Below, in pieces: positions 54,926 to 63,662 of a stretch of 64,000 bases of DNA (positions are counted from its first letter, which is position 1; every line of letters begins with the position of its first letter). The DNA is from Proteobacteria bacterium UBA6503 (GTDB taxonomy: Bacteria > Pseudomonadota > Alphaproteobacteria > UBA1280 > UBA6503). The notes below the pieces were generated by a model, which searched no databases, had not been told where the DNA came from, and saw nothing but the letters and a program-made list of their open reading frames with translations. The stretch is from the NCBI GenBank assembly GCA_002436405.1, contig DJLZ01000001.1:58056-122055 (forward strand), in the 5' to 3' direction. Both the position numbers and the translations under genes were made by a program.

Positions 54926-56011
54926 ATGATTTTACGCGTAATTGCTAGCTTTCTATTTGCCATTGTTATTTTGGCGTTTGGTCATTTTGGAGCATGGTGG
55001 CTTGCCGCTAAACATGCGCAAGAGACGATTGTTACAGCCCTGAACTCAGTAGACGGTGTAACCGTAACCCCAGGTGAAATGACACCCCTAGGTTACCCAC
55101 ATAACGTGACACTTGAAATTGACGGTATGGCTATGACATGGCAAACCCCAAATGCTGAGCGTAGCATTGAGCTAAAAGCCAACAGTATGCAAATCGAAAC
55201 CCCAATGTTCGATATGCGTAAAGCCCAAGCCAACTTGGATAAAGAGCTGTTTATTACAATTCGCGATAATGGCGAAGTACTGCGCAAGTTCCGTGCTGTG
55301 ATTGAAGGTGGCCGCTTCTCAAGTTTCTGGCGCCCTGATGACACCACAGAATATGCCTTTAACTTTAACAACATTACCCTTTGGGATGAAGAGAACGAGT
55401 CTGAAGCAGCGCTACGTGCAAGCTCTGGCTACATTGTGCGTGAAACACCCGGTATTCGTACACCTGTTTCATGGCGTATTTCATTAAAAGACATCCGTGC
55501 CGGCAAACCACTGATGGGCGAGCCTTTTGTGCTGAACCGTCTTGTTGCTGGTGTTGGCTTTGAAAACGACTTCTTTAGCCAGTACGGCCCAGAAATGCTA
55601 CCGCTTATTGCTGATAACAAGAGTGACCGCATGGAAGCCCGTAAGCGCATTGCCAAAAAGCTTGAAAGCGATGACGCCCCAAGCCTCATGATTGAAAGCC
55701 TACAGGTTGAAAACCGTGAAAACTGGGTTTCACTCCGTGGTGGGTTTGGTCTAAACGAAAAACGCTACCTTGATGGTAAAATTTCGATTAACACCAACGA
55801 CCTTGAGCCTGTGATTCACTTTTTGAGCGCCATCAACCTACTTGATGAGCGTACGCTGAAAAACAGCCGTGAAATCACCCGTGTAATGAGTAATGGCCGC
55901 AGCCCAAGTAACATTGGTATTTCGTTTGAGCGTGACCGCGCTTACGTAAACAGCCGTGAACTTTCAGTGGTTCCGCCACTGCCTGAGCTTATTACGAAGG
56001 ATCGCAAATAA
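54926..56011 (+). CDS. Hypothetical N-terminally anchored periplasmic protein (possibly DUF2125-like)
   Basis: A single N-terminal TM helix (VIASFLFAIVILAFGHFGAWWL). It is tightly packed between fumC and ampD. The family assignment is from memory and weak. Confidence 0.5.
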   Translation: MILRVIASFLFAIVILAFGHFGAWWLAAKHAQETIVTALNSVDGVTVTPGEMTPLGYPHNVTLEIDGMAMTWQTPNAERSIELKANSMQIETPMFDMRKAQANLDKELFITIRDNGEVLRKFRAVIEGGRFSSFWRPDDTTEYAFNFNNITLWDEENESEAALRASSGYIVRETPGIRTPVSWRISLKDIRAGKPLMGEPFVLNRLVAGVGFENDFFSQYGPEMLPLIADNKSDRMEARKRIAKKLESDDAPSLMIESLQVENRENWVSLRGGFGLNEKRYLDGKISINTNDLEPVIHFLSAINLLDERTLKNSREITRVMSNGRSPSNIGISFERDRAYVNSRELSVVPPLPELITKDRK

Positions 56012-56014
56012 TAT

Positions 56015-56665
56015 ATGAAGTGGCATCCCTCGCCTAATTTTGCCCCACGTACCGAGACGATTCGGTATGTGATTGTGCATGGCACGTGGATGGATGATGA
56101 TGCCTCGGCCCTGCAACGCTTGTGTGATACCCAAGCAGAGGTGAGCTGCCACTACATGATTACCTATGATGCTGAAACCATCCAACTTGTTAAAGATGAT
56201 GATGTGGCTTGGCATGCAGGCAAAAGCCAATGGGGCGACCTTGAAAGCCTGAACAAACATTCAATTGGCATTGAGATCTCATATCAGGGCGAAGCCTCAA
56301 ACGAGCCCTACCTAGAAGCCCAATACGAGGCTTTAGAAGCTCTTTTAACTGATTTGCTACACCGACATCGCATCCCACCTGAAAATGTGCTGGGTCATAG
56401 TGATATTGCCCCTCACCGCAAAGATGACCCTGGTCGTCACTTCGATTGGGCACGCCTTGAACGTAAAGGCCTTGCGGCTCCTTGGGTGCCAAGCGACCTT
56501 GAGCCTATAGAGGCTATTCGTGCAAAGGGGTATCGTGGGGATGATAAAGAGATTCTGATGGCGTTCCAACGCCGCTACTTGCCAAATTATGTCACGGGTG
56601 AATTATGCCCGATTACGGCCGCCTTTATCAAAGGCGAACCTGAGGCCGAAATGCCGACTTCTTAA
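56015..56665 (+). CDS. ampD: N-acetylmuramoyl-L-alanine amidase, AmpD type (Amidase_2)
   Basis: VIVHGTWM, HYMI, VAWHAGKSQW, HSIGIEI and VLGHSDIAPHRKDDPG are the Amidase_2 zinc and substrate motifs. Confidence 0.85.
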   Translation: MKWHPSPNFAPRTETIRYVIVHGTWMDDDASALQRLCDTQAEVSCHYMITYDAETIQLVKDDDVAWHAGKSQWGDLESLNKHSIGIEISYQGEASNEPYLEAQYEALEALLTDLLHRHRIPPENVLGHSDIAPHRKDDPGRHFDWARLERKGLAAPWVPSDLEPIEAIRAKGYRGDDKEILMAFQRRYLPNYVTGELCPITAAFIKGEPEAEMPTS

Positions 56666-56682
56666 GCTTTATACTTTTAAGC

Positions 56683-57741
56683 TTATTTCTTACGAACAAT
56701 CACACATGATGATGGCACGGGCTTGCCATGCTCTAGGCGCAGGGCCTCTTCGTGCATCACAATTTCTTCTAGGCCGTATTTATCGGCCAGCATGCGTACA
56801 TACGATTGTTTATGCTTATGACGGTGTGTTTTAGGGTCCACCCAAATGTCATCATCGTGCTTATCATCTAGCTTTTCGAGCGAATACGCAAAGATAGCGC
56901 CTGTTTTAAGGTGTTTTGAAATTTCCTCAAAGGCTGCCTCAAGGTCTTTAATGTAAATAAATACATCGACACAGGTAATCATGTCGTAGGTATTGCCATC
57001 ATTCTCAAGGTAGTCAGTCAAAGAGGCCACGTGTAGCTCATCGTAGACTTTCTTTTTCTTTGCCTCTTCAACCATTGAGTCTGAAAGGTCCATCCCTTTT
57101 AGCGTGCCGCAAATATCGCGAATTTTCACACCCATAAGGCCAGTGCCACAACCAAGATCAATCACATTCTCAAAACGCTGATCCGGGCAGTGTTGTTGCA
57201 ATAGCTTCCACATAACCTCAGGGCCTTTGTAGTCAAGATGGCCAAGAAGGTTGTCTTCAAAAACACCTGCGGCACGGTCGTAAAGGTTTTTAACGTACTC
57301 GGTTGATGATTTATCAGTGTTGCCTGCTTTTGCCGTTTCAAGGTGGAACTTGGTCAGGCTGTTTGATGGGTCAAGTTCAGCTGCACGCTCCAAATGCTCA
57401 ATGGCTTGTGGAAGCATGTTCTTTTCTTTATATGCAAGGCCAATGTTGTGGTGCGCGGGGGCAATGTCTTCTTTAAGGTTTAGGCAGTGCTTTAGAATTT
57501 CAATGGCTTTGTCGTAATGATTTGAGGCAACAAAACTGGCCCCTTTTAAGAACATTGCATCTGTATTTTCAGGCTGCTCGGCTAAAACAGAGTCGTAGTA
57601 TTTAACAGCTTCGGCGTATTTGCGCTGTTTATGCAAGGCTGCACCTGCATTCAAACGCTCCATCACTGTGCCGCCATGAAGGGCTGACTTTGTTTGTTTG
57701 GCTTGCATTTTCTTTTGTTGGCGGCGCAATGCACGGTTCAT
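56683..57741 (-). CDS. TPR-repeat protein fused to a class I SAM-dependent methyltransferase
   Basis: Three to four TPR units (AEAVKYYDSVLAEQPENTDAMFLKG...), then motif I VIDLGCGTGLMG. Confidence 0.75.
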   Translation of the reverse strand: MNRALRRQQKKMQAKQTKSALHGGTVMERLNAGAALHKQRKYAEAVKYYDSVLAEQPENTDAMFLKGASFVASNHYDKAIEILKHCLNLKEDIAPAHHNIGLAYKEKNMLPQAIEHLERAAELDPSNSLTKFHLETAKAGNTDKSSTEYVKNLYDRAAGVFEDNLLGHLDYKGPEVMWKLLQQHCPDQRFENVIDLGCGTGLMGVKIRDICGTLKGMDLSDSMVEEAKKKKVYDELHVASLTDYLENDGNTYDMITCVDVFIYIKDLEAAFEEISKHLKTGAIFAYSLEKLDDKHDDDIWVDPKTHRHKHKQSYVRMLADKYGLEEIVMHEEALRLEHGKPVPSSCVIVRKK

Positions 57742-57945
57742 TGGTAAAACCTCAAGTTAAAAACTGTTTATTGTAAAATACCGCAGATGCGGGAAATCAA
57801 AGAATATCATACCCTAAAGTTGCCAAAATCAGGTATTTATTAGCTTTTTCGATGTGCTACCACTTGCAATTTAGCAACAGTTACGCTACATATGAGCCAA
57901 CATAAACGTGTAACCCACGTCTTAAACGTGAAAAGGATTATTAAA

Positions 57946-58506
57946 ATGACCCAACAAACTCTAGTTCTTCTAAAGCCAGACGCAGTAGAGCGCAAGCTAT
58001 CAGGCCGTATTATTACAACTCTTGAAGAGGCAGGCCTAACAATCACTGCAATCAAAATGCTAACAGCCGACAAGAAAACATTGGCTGAACACTACCCAAG
58101 CGACGACAAGTGGTTGGGCATCGTAGGTGGCAAAACACTTGAAGACTACGAAGCATCAGGCAAAGACGTTAAAGCTGAGTTCGGCACAGACAACGCTGTT
58201 GAAGTTGGTAAAATCATTAAAGGTTGGCTAGTTGACTTTATGGCTTCAGGCCCAATCGTAGCTATGGTTGTTGAAGGCAACGAAGCTGTGAAGAACGTAC
58301 GTCGCCTAGTAGGTCACACACTACCTAACAAAGCTGAGCCAGGTTCAATCCGCGGCCGCTTTAGCTGTGATTCACCAAGCGCTGCTAACGAAGAGAAGCG
58401 CCCAGTAACAAACCTAATTCACGCTTCAGGCGAAGTTGATGAAGCTCAGTTTGAGATTGGCCTTTGGTTCCCAGAGATGGTGGGGAAGAAAGCTAACGCT
58501 GCTTAA
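57946..58506 (+). CDS. ndk: Nucleoside-diphosphate kinase-like protein with an internal insertion
   Basis: TLVLLKPDAVERKL, DFMASGPIVAMVVEG, GSIRGRF, and the catalytic-His segment NLIHASG (canonical N.xHGSD). An AAAAGGA SD lies upstream of the ATG at 57946. About 35 extra residues sit between the EHY and DFM segments. Confidence 0.7.
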   Translation: MTQQTLVLLKPDAVERKLSGRIITTLEEAGLTITAIKMLTADKKTLAEHYPSDDKWLGIVGGKTLEDYEASGKDVKAEFGTDNAVEVGKIIKGWLVDFMASGPIVAMVVEGNEAVKNVRRLVGHTLPNKAEPGSIRGRFSCDSPSAANEEKRPVTNLIHASGEVDEAQFEIGLWFPEMVGKKANAA

Positions 58507-58537
58507 GTTTACTTAAGCCAGCGAACACTGGATAAAA

Positions 58538-58562
58538 AGGCAGCCGCAAGGCTGCCTTTTTT
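58538..58562 (+). terminator. Rho-independent terminator after the ndk-like gene
   Basis: AGGCAGCC / GGCTGCCT stem with a GCAA loop, followed by T6. Confidence 0.8.
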
Positions 58563-58685
58563 GTTACCTCTATTGAGTTACCCCTATTGGCTTAACTCTT
58601 CTGAACTACCCCACCTTGGGAATAGTTTTAGCGCCCGCACACAGCCACACCTTATGGGTAACCATAATAAAATGAGGGTGCTCAA

Positions 58686-59063
58686 ATGTCGGAACTTTCA
58701 AAACAGATTCAATCACTCGACCTTACAAGTGTTATGGCACGCCTCAAGCGTGAATCAGGCCTTAATGCCGAAACTCTTACTAAAGCAGAAACCCAGTACC
58801 GCCAGTTTTTGCAATTGTGTTTAAACGATACGGGTACTGTACCGACAGAACTAGCTGATAAAGTGTGGCATTGCCATATTATTGATACCAAAAAATATGC
58901 TGCGGATTGCGAGGCGCTGTTTGGTGAGTTTATGCACCATAACCCACATACTGAAATGAATCAGGCCCTAGCCGAAGCGGCGCAACAAACAAAGCTTGCT
59001 TGGCAAAACTATTTTAAAAAGCATGCTGAACAGCCCTACACGTCAGCGATTTGCTCACGCTAG
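58686..59063 (+). CDS. Hypothetical protein, 125 aa
   Basis: Clean ORF. VWHCHIIDTKKYAADCEALFG resembles the WH.H.L.P..Y..DC motif of DUF1399/GRDP-type proteins, a weak recognition from memory. Confidence 0.45.
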   Translation: MSELSKQIQSLDLTSVMARLKRESGLNAETLTKAETQYRQFLQLCLNDTGTVPTELADKVWHCHIIDTKKYAADCEALFGEFMHHNPHTEMNQALAEAAQQTKLAWQNYFKKHAEQPYTSAICSR

Positions 59064-60259
59064 CGTTTTAAAGGTTTAATAAACTGGAACGTTACATACT
59101 GGCTCACGGTCGTATGCATTTTATCGGCAGGCTCTGTATGTAGGTCAACGTTTAAATCGCCCAGTTTAAGGCCTATAACATCAAATCCATGGCGCTGCGC
59201 TAGGTGTTGAATATCAATAATATCCAAAGACTGATAAGCCGAAGTATACGAAATACCTGCCCCGCGGCGTGTAACGCCATGGACCATCCCGCCAGGCTTG
59301 AGAATGCGGTAAACTTCGGCAAAGGCCTCATCAAGGCCTAGTTGATGTTTTTGCACGAGCGGTAGCGCCATCAAACTATGACGCGCCATAATCAAATCAA
59401 AGTATTGATCCTCAAATGGCAGCTGGCGCATATATGCTTTTGTAATTGTGCCTTTTTCCAACTGGTTTTTAGCTTCAAGCTGCAAACAGATATTCACCGA
59501 CTCTTGCGCTGCATCTACACCAAAAAGGCGCAAGCTGGGGTATTCTTTCCGTAAGAATTTTAAATGACGGCCATTGCCACACCCTAAATCAAGAAAGCTT
59601 TCAACACGGGGGTTTAGCGCCTCTGCTTTGTTAATGATTTGCTTAAGCTCATCTGCATATTGGCCCTCAACATCAAGCATGCGGGCAAAGTATTCTTCGC
59701 CTGCAGGGGTACTATAAATGTTTTTATGACCTCGGCTTAAAAGTTCAATCCAACGCTTGGCTTGGCTCGCATCGTCAGTGTTACTTATCTCCTCGATAGC
59801 CTTATAAAGCTCATCAAGCTCTTGATCATTATAGGCGCTTAGAAAATCCAGCATTTCATTTACGGCTGGCTCTGATAACAAATAGCTCAGCTCATCTTCT
59901 GGCATGTCTTCTGCCGCCTTAGACAAGGCAAAAATAAACATTGATTTACGGTATGGCGTAATGTGGCGCTGACTATTATGGAGTGTATTCTCGACCGATT
60001 GCAGCACCTTTAAAAACACATCACGCCCCAGCACTAATTGGCTAGAGTCTTTGATTTTAATTTCATCACCACTTAGCAACCACCCCGGGGTAACGGCAGC
60101 AGCATCCGCCAGTGCAACAAGGCGCGGCACTGTTGGTTTTGATGATCCGTTGAGATAGCGCATCAACTACGAAAATGAAATACCAGCTTGTTCAGCTAGC
60201 TTTACTTTGCTTCCTACTCTCGATGCGCACTCTTCTAGTCGTGCTGAGAACGTTGGCAT
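59060..60259 (-). pseudogene. XRE-type HTH / class I methyltransferase fusion gene interrupted by an in-frame amber codon at 60167..60169
   Basis: An ATG at 60259 with an AGAGAGG SD gives MPTFSARLEECASRVGSKVKLAEQAGISFS, then TAG, then LMRYLNGSSKPTVPRLVALADAAAVTPGWLLSGD, all in the same frame. The stop therefore falls in the middle of one helix-turn-helix domain. The C-terminal part has MTase motif I FLDLGCGNGRH. The track ORF 59060..60166 is the post-stop portion. Confidence 0.6.
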
Positions 60260-60290
60260 TTAAAAACCTCTCTTACTTTTAAGGCTTAAT

Positions 60291-60318
60291 TTAATATACC
60301 TCTTTAGAGGTATATTAA
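60291..60318. promoter_or_regulatory. Perfect 13-2-13 inverted repeat, candidate operator overlapping the promoter of the XRE-MTase gene
   Basis: TTAATATACCTCT-TT-AGAGGTATATTAA, located 32-59 nt upstream of the ATG at 60259. It contains TATATT/TAATAT -10-like hexamers. Confidence 0.5.
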
Positions 60319-60341
60319 CGACTAAGTGTAAGTCAGAAAAC

Positions 60342-60371
60342 AAAAAACCCCCTCTGCCATTGCAGAGGGGG
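60342..60371 (-). terminator. Rho-independent terminator of the VWA-like gene
   Basis: On the minus strand, CCCCCTCTGC / GCAGAGGGGG form a 10-bp stem with a 4-nt loop, followed by T6. It lies 16 nt after the stop at 60387. Confidence 0.8.
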
Positions 60372-60386
60372 TTAACGTTATTGTGT

Positions 60387-62528
60387 TTATCGCTTATCGC
60401 GAATGCGTTTTTCAGCAAGGCGAAGTGCTAGTGCTGTGGTCTCAGCGTCGCGGATACCTTGGTACCAGACGACAGGTTGCTTCGACCAGTCTTCAGCACC
60501 GCTGCGCAAGTCCGGGCAAGCCGGCGCAACGCCACCGTTGTTATAGTGGTCAAACCACACAACAGAAACGTCACTCTCGCACAGCTGCTGCATAATGAAA
60601 CCAGCGTCCCAGTCGCCCCAGTTTACTGCACCCGAAAGGGCAGCAACTGCATTAAGCGAACGCAGAACTTCGGTCCACCAGCCCTGAACGTCATAGCCGT
60701 TGTTACAGCGAGACGGGCTAGGCAGCATACCCTCGAGGGCCCCATATACATTTTCAGGGATACCGTTCGAGTGCACAATCAGCACACAGCGTGGGTCGCG
60801 CCGCAGGATGGAAGCGGCAGCGGCAAGCGCATACTGCGCCACACCACTACAACTACCGGAAACGTCCACCATGAGGAGTTTCGTTCCCGACTGCAGCTCA
60901 TTGCGGCGGATGCGCGCAAGGTTACCACGCTTCACTTGCATCTCTTTGACAAGCTTTTCGCCGTCGAGACGCCGTGAGGCTTCTTCACCGCAGAGATCCA
61001 TCACCGTCAAAATGGCATTGAGGCGACGCTCAATTTCACCCGACAGCTTAGGCTCTACATTACCGACTCGCGCATCGAGACTCTCGATGGAAGCATGCAC
61101 ACCGCCGTGTGAATAGGTGGAAGTACGAATACTGCCGGAGTTACTCTCTCCGTCATCTTCGTCCAGCACTTCTTCAGCACGTTCAATGGCATCTTCAATG
61201 GCGCCAGCTTGGTTCTTGCCCTCCTCTTCGAGCTCGAGCTCTTTGAGGAGTTCACGCAGTTTTTCACGAAGCTCTTTGTCAATCTCCTGCTGGGGGACTT
61301 CCTCTTCAGCTTGCTCTTCTTCCTTGAGCACCTCTTCGTCCTCTTCTTCCTGCACAACGGCAGTTTCAGATTCAGGTTCGGGCTCAGGCTCAGGAGCAGC
61401 AGCTTCAGGTTCGTCCTCAGTAGGTTCTTCTTCGACAACCTCAACGACTTCAACCTTTTCAGGCTTCGCATCGCTTTCGGGCTCTTCGTCAGTGGGCTGC
61501 GCATGCGCAACCTTCTGCTCTTCTTGAGGCTCATCTTGCTCGTCGAGCTTTACCACATCGTCTGCGTCAAGGTCAGAGGGCTGACTTTCTTCAGACTTAT
61601 TGGGGCCAGACTCTTCAGGCTCTTGAGGTTCTTCTTCAGACTCGACCTTCTGGTTATCTTTCACACCATCTTTGTCGGGTTTATCGGACGGTTTTCCGTC
61701 TTTCGACTTCATTCGTCCCTTGAAGAACTTCCTGAGCAACCACGCCAGAAGCGCGGCCAGCAAAGCAATGATAAGCATTTCCATCCAGTATTCTTGGATG
61801 AATGCCCACACCGCCTGCAAGATGCCGAGGATGTCAAATTCGCCGATGCCAATGGCGGCACCAACAGAAGTGATTGAAATAAGCAGCGCCGTCCAGACGA
61901 ACACACGGAACGTCATCAACGTATGACGAACCCAACCATAGCGGCTGTATTCGTCATTCAGCTCCCAAGGCTTGCGAATCGGCACGTCCTCCAGTTCAAC
62001 TGGCGGGACGATACGCGTATTCTCAATCTTGAACGCTGCCGACTGCTTGTAAGCGCGGTCAACCGTTTTGGTGATGGCCGCCGGCTGGCGAACCTTCTCA
62101 GGCTTTTTGGCCGGCCAGTTATGGCCCAAATAGGCTACCAGACGGTCAATTTCCTTTACGGTGATAACCTTCGGGCGTTGCCACATCTGGGTTTCGTAGG
62201 CGGCTGCCAAAAACACCAGCGCTACAGCGTTGGTATCTTTACCGGCAAACGGACTACCGTCATAACCGCCAAACTGCACGTGCCAAAGGGCTTCTTCGCA
62301 GCGGCGACCATCCCAGTTGGGCTGTTCTGCAAGGGCGCGGATATTCCGCAGCACAGGCAAAAACCCTTGGTTTGAGCTTTGCGCCAAAAGCTTATACGCT
62401 TCGGGCATTTTGGTGATGTACTCATCGGTCTTGGTTTTCGCAAGTCGGGGCGGCGGCAAGCGCTTCCGCTTCTTACGTTTACGAGAGGTTTTATCCTTCC
62501 CGAAACCGAACCAATCAAGAATGCTCAT
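60387..62528 (-). CDS. Membrane-anchored protein with an acidic low-complexity linker and a C-terminal VWA-like (MIDAS DxSxS) domain, 713 aa, compositionally foreign
   Basis: The parts, in residue numbering, are:
- a basic patch SRKRKKRKRLPPPR (aa 15-28)
- a ~170-aa unrecognised domain
- hydrophobic helices at aa ~205-266
- a Glu/Asp/Pro-rich region at aa ~275-465
- GEKLVKEMQVKRGNLARIRRNELQSGTKLLMVDVSGSCSG (a beta-strand plus the DxSxS MIDAS start), as in NorD/CbbO/CoxE-type VWA proteins

The gene is GC-rich with AAG/CTG codons. Confidence 0.65.
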   Translation of the reverse strand: MSILDWFGFGKDKTSRKRKKRKRLPPPRLAKTKTDEYITKMPEAYKLLAQSSNQGFLPVLRNIRALAEQPNWDGRRCEEALWHVQFGGYDGSPFAGKDTNAVALVFLAAAYETQMWQRPKVITVKEIDRLVAYLGHNWPAKKPEKVRQPAAITKTVDRAYKQSAAFKIENTRIVPPVELEDVPIRKPWELNDEYSRYGWVRHTLMTFRVFVWTALLISITSVGAAIGIGEFDILGILQAVWAFIQEYWMEMLIIALLAALLAWLLRKFFKGRMKSKDGKPSDKPDKDGVKDNQKVESEEEPQEPEESGPNKSEESQPSDLDADDVVKLDEQDEPQEEQKVAHAQPTDEEPESDAKPEKVEVVEVVEEEPTEDEPEAAAPEPEPEPESETAVVQEEEDEEVLKEEEQAEEEVPQQEIDKELREKLRELLKELELEEEGKNQAGAIEDAIERAEEVLDEDDGESNSGSIRTSTYSHGGVHASIESLDARVGNVEPKLSGEIERRLNAILTVMDLCGEEASRRLDGEKLVKEMQVKRGNLARIRRNELQSGTKLLMVDVSGSCSGVAQYALAAAASILRRDPRCVLIVHSNGIPENVYGALEGMLPSPSRCNNGYDVQGWWTEVLRSLNAVAALSGAVNWGDWDAGFIMQQLCESDVSVVWFDHYNNGGVAPACPDLRSGAEDWSKQPVVWYQGIRDAETTALALRLAEKRIRDKR

Positions 62529-62590
62529 AGCACTCTCCTGTGTTAGGTGAGATAGAAAGTAAAAAAGAAAGAAAAATACGAAGATAAAAT
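62529..62590 (-). promoter_or_regulatory. Pyrimidine-rich 5' leader, copy 2 of 3 (in front of the VWA-like gene)
   Basis: The minus strand reads ATTTTATCTTCGTATTTTTCTTTCTTTTTTACTTTCTATCTCACCTAACACAGGAGAGTGCT then ATG. Confidence 0.55.
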
Positions 62591-62704
62591 GATGGCCACA
62601 TCATGCCCCAAAAGCAGAATGTATACAAGTTTTAATCGGGCATTTTTGGCAAAAAACTTGGTGGTTTTTCTTGTATTTTTTATAAATAAATTCAATGCGC
62701 TAAC

Positions 62705-62740
62705 AAAAAAAGACCCCCACCAAAATGGTGAGGGTCTTTT
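62705..62740 (-). terminator. Rho-independent terminator between the AAA+ gene and the VWA-like gene
   Basis: AGACCCCCACC / GGTGAGGGTCT stem (one mismatch) with a 5-nt loop. A T7 run follows on the minus strand. It lies 20 nt after the AAA+ stop at 62760. Confidence 0.75.
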
Positions 62741-62759
62741 CATTCGTTATTGAGGTCTC

Positions 62760-63662
62760 TTACTTGACCGGGAACGTCTGCTTCAGGAGGCCCCAAAGGC
62801 CATCCATCGTGCGGTCGTTCTTGGTCAGCTCGATACCCTTGGCAGCACTCTTGGCAGCCCAGCCGGCAACCACATAGCGCACATTGCGCGTGCAGCTCAG
62901 CTGGTCCTGCAGGCGCAGGTTGACCAGTTCTTCGACGAGGCGCGAAAGCTCCTGCGGCGAAAGGAAGGTCCCTTCTCGGTTGGCAACGTCATTGGCAACC
63001 GCATAGGCCACCTTGACAACGCCTTTGAGCTCAGGCTTTTCGAAGCCTTCCTTGGTCTGCAACCAACCAGTGACCAATTCGATCACCTTGCCAGCGGGCA
63101 GCGGCTTCATGTACAGACGACGCAGCCGGCGGCTGAGAGCATCCGACAGAGGGCGCATACCGTTCGAGGTAATCAGAAAGACCACATTGTCGAGCACGAT
63201 GGTATCGTGAACACCCGGCTTCAGCGGCACACGGCCAGTCTGCAGCACGTCGAGAAGCAAGTTCTCAACACGTTCGGGGGTCTTGTCGATTTCATCGAGG
63301 ACGACGATCACGGGCTTGTCGGGCGTAGCGTCACGGCTGGCCTTGGCAACATGTGCCAGGATACCAGGCAGGCGTGCATTTTCAGCCTCACCCGCAACCG
63401 CAGCAACCACGTCAACACCGGTAAACAGCTCGTCGCTGTCAGACCAGGCGTGGAACAGATGGAACAGCAGCTGGCTGTTGAGAGCTTTGGCCAGGTATTC
63501 ACCCAACGCCGACTTACCCGCACCGGGCAAACCTTCGATGAGCATAGCGCGAACGCCGCCTGTTTGGCTAAGCAGACCGCCCAGCGCAAGTTCTTCTTGT
63601 TCACGAAGGTAATACCCTTCGGTGCGCATCCGTTCAAGGACGCTTTTGACTGAGATTGACAT
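62760..63662 (-). CDS. MoxR-like / AAA_5-type AAA+ ATPase, ~300 aa, compositionally foreign
   Basis: Walker A GLPGAGKS, Walker B VIVVLDEIDK, sensor-1 FLITSN and the Arg-finger region SDALSRRLRRL. A hand-counted 100-nt sample (63301..63400) has 63 G+C. The track ORF starts at 63674. I prefer the ATG at 63662, which has a GGAG 6 nt upstream, like the other two leaders. Confidence 0.8.
   Translation of the reverse strand: MSISVKSVLERMRTEGYYLREQEELALGGLLSQTGGVRAMLIEGLPGAGKSALGEYLAKALNSQLLFHLFHAWSDSDELFTGVDVVAAVAGEAENARLPGILAHVAKASRDATPDKPVIVVLDEIDKTPERVENLLLDVLQTGRVPLKPGVHDTIVLDNVVFLITSNGMRPLSDALSRRLRRLYMKPLPAGKVIELVTGWLQTKEGFEKPELKGVVKVAYAVANDVANREGTFLSPQELSRLVEELVNLRLQDQLSCTRNVRYVVAGWAAKSAAKGIELTKNDRTMDGLWGLLKQTFPVK

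Noticed and set aside
61055-61926. Four overlapping ORFs (159, 136, 222 and 84 aa) in other frames of the VWA-like gene
   Set aside because: They are low-complexity Ser/Leu/Phe/Lys translations of the GAA/GAG/CCT-rich acidic tract. They have no start context or motifs.
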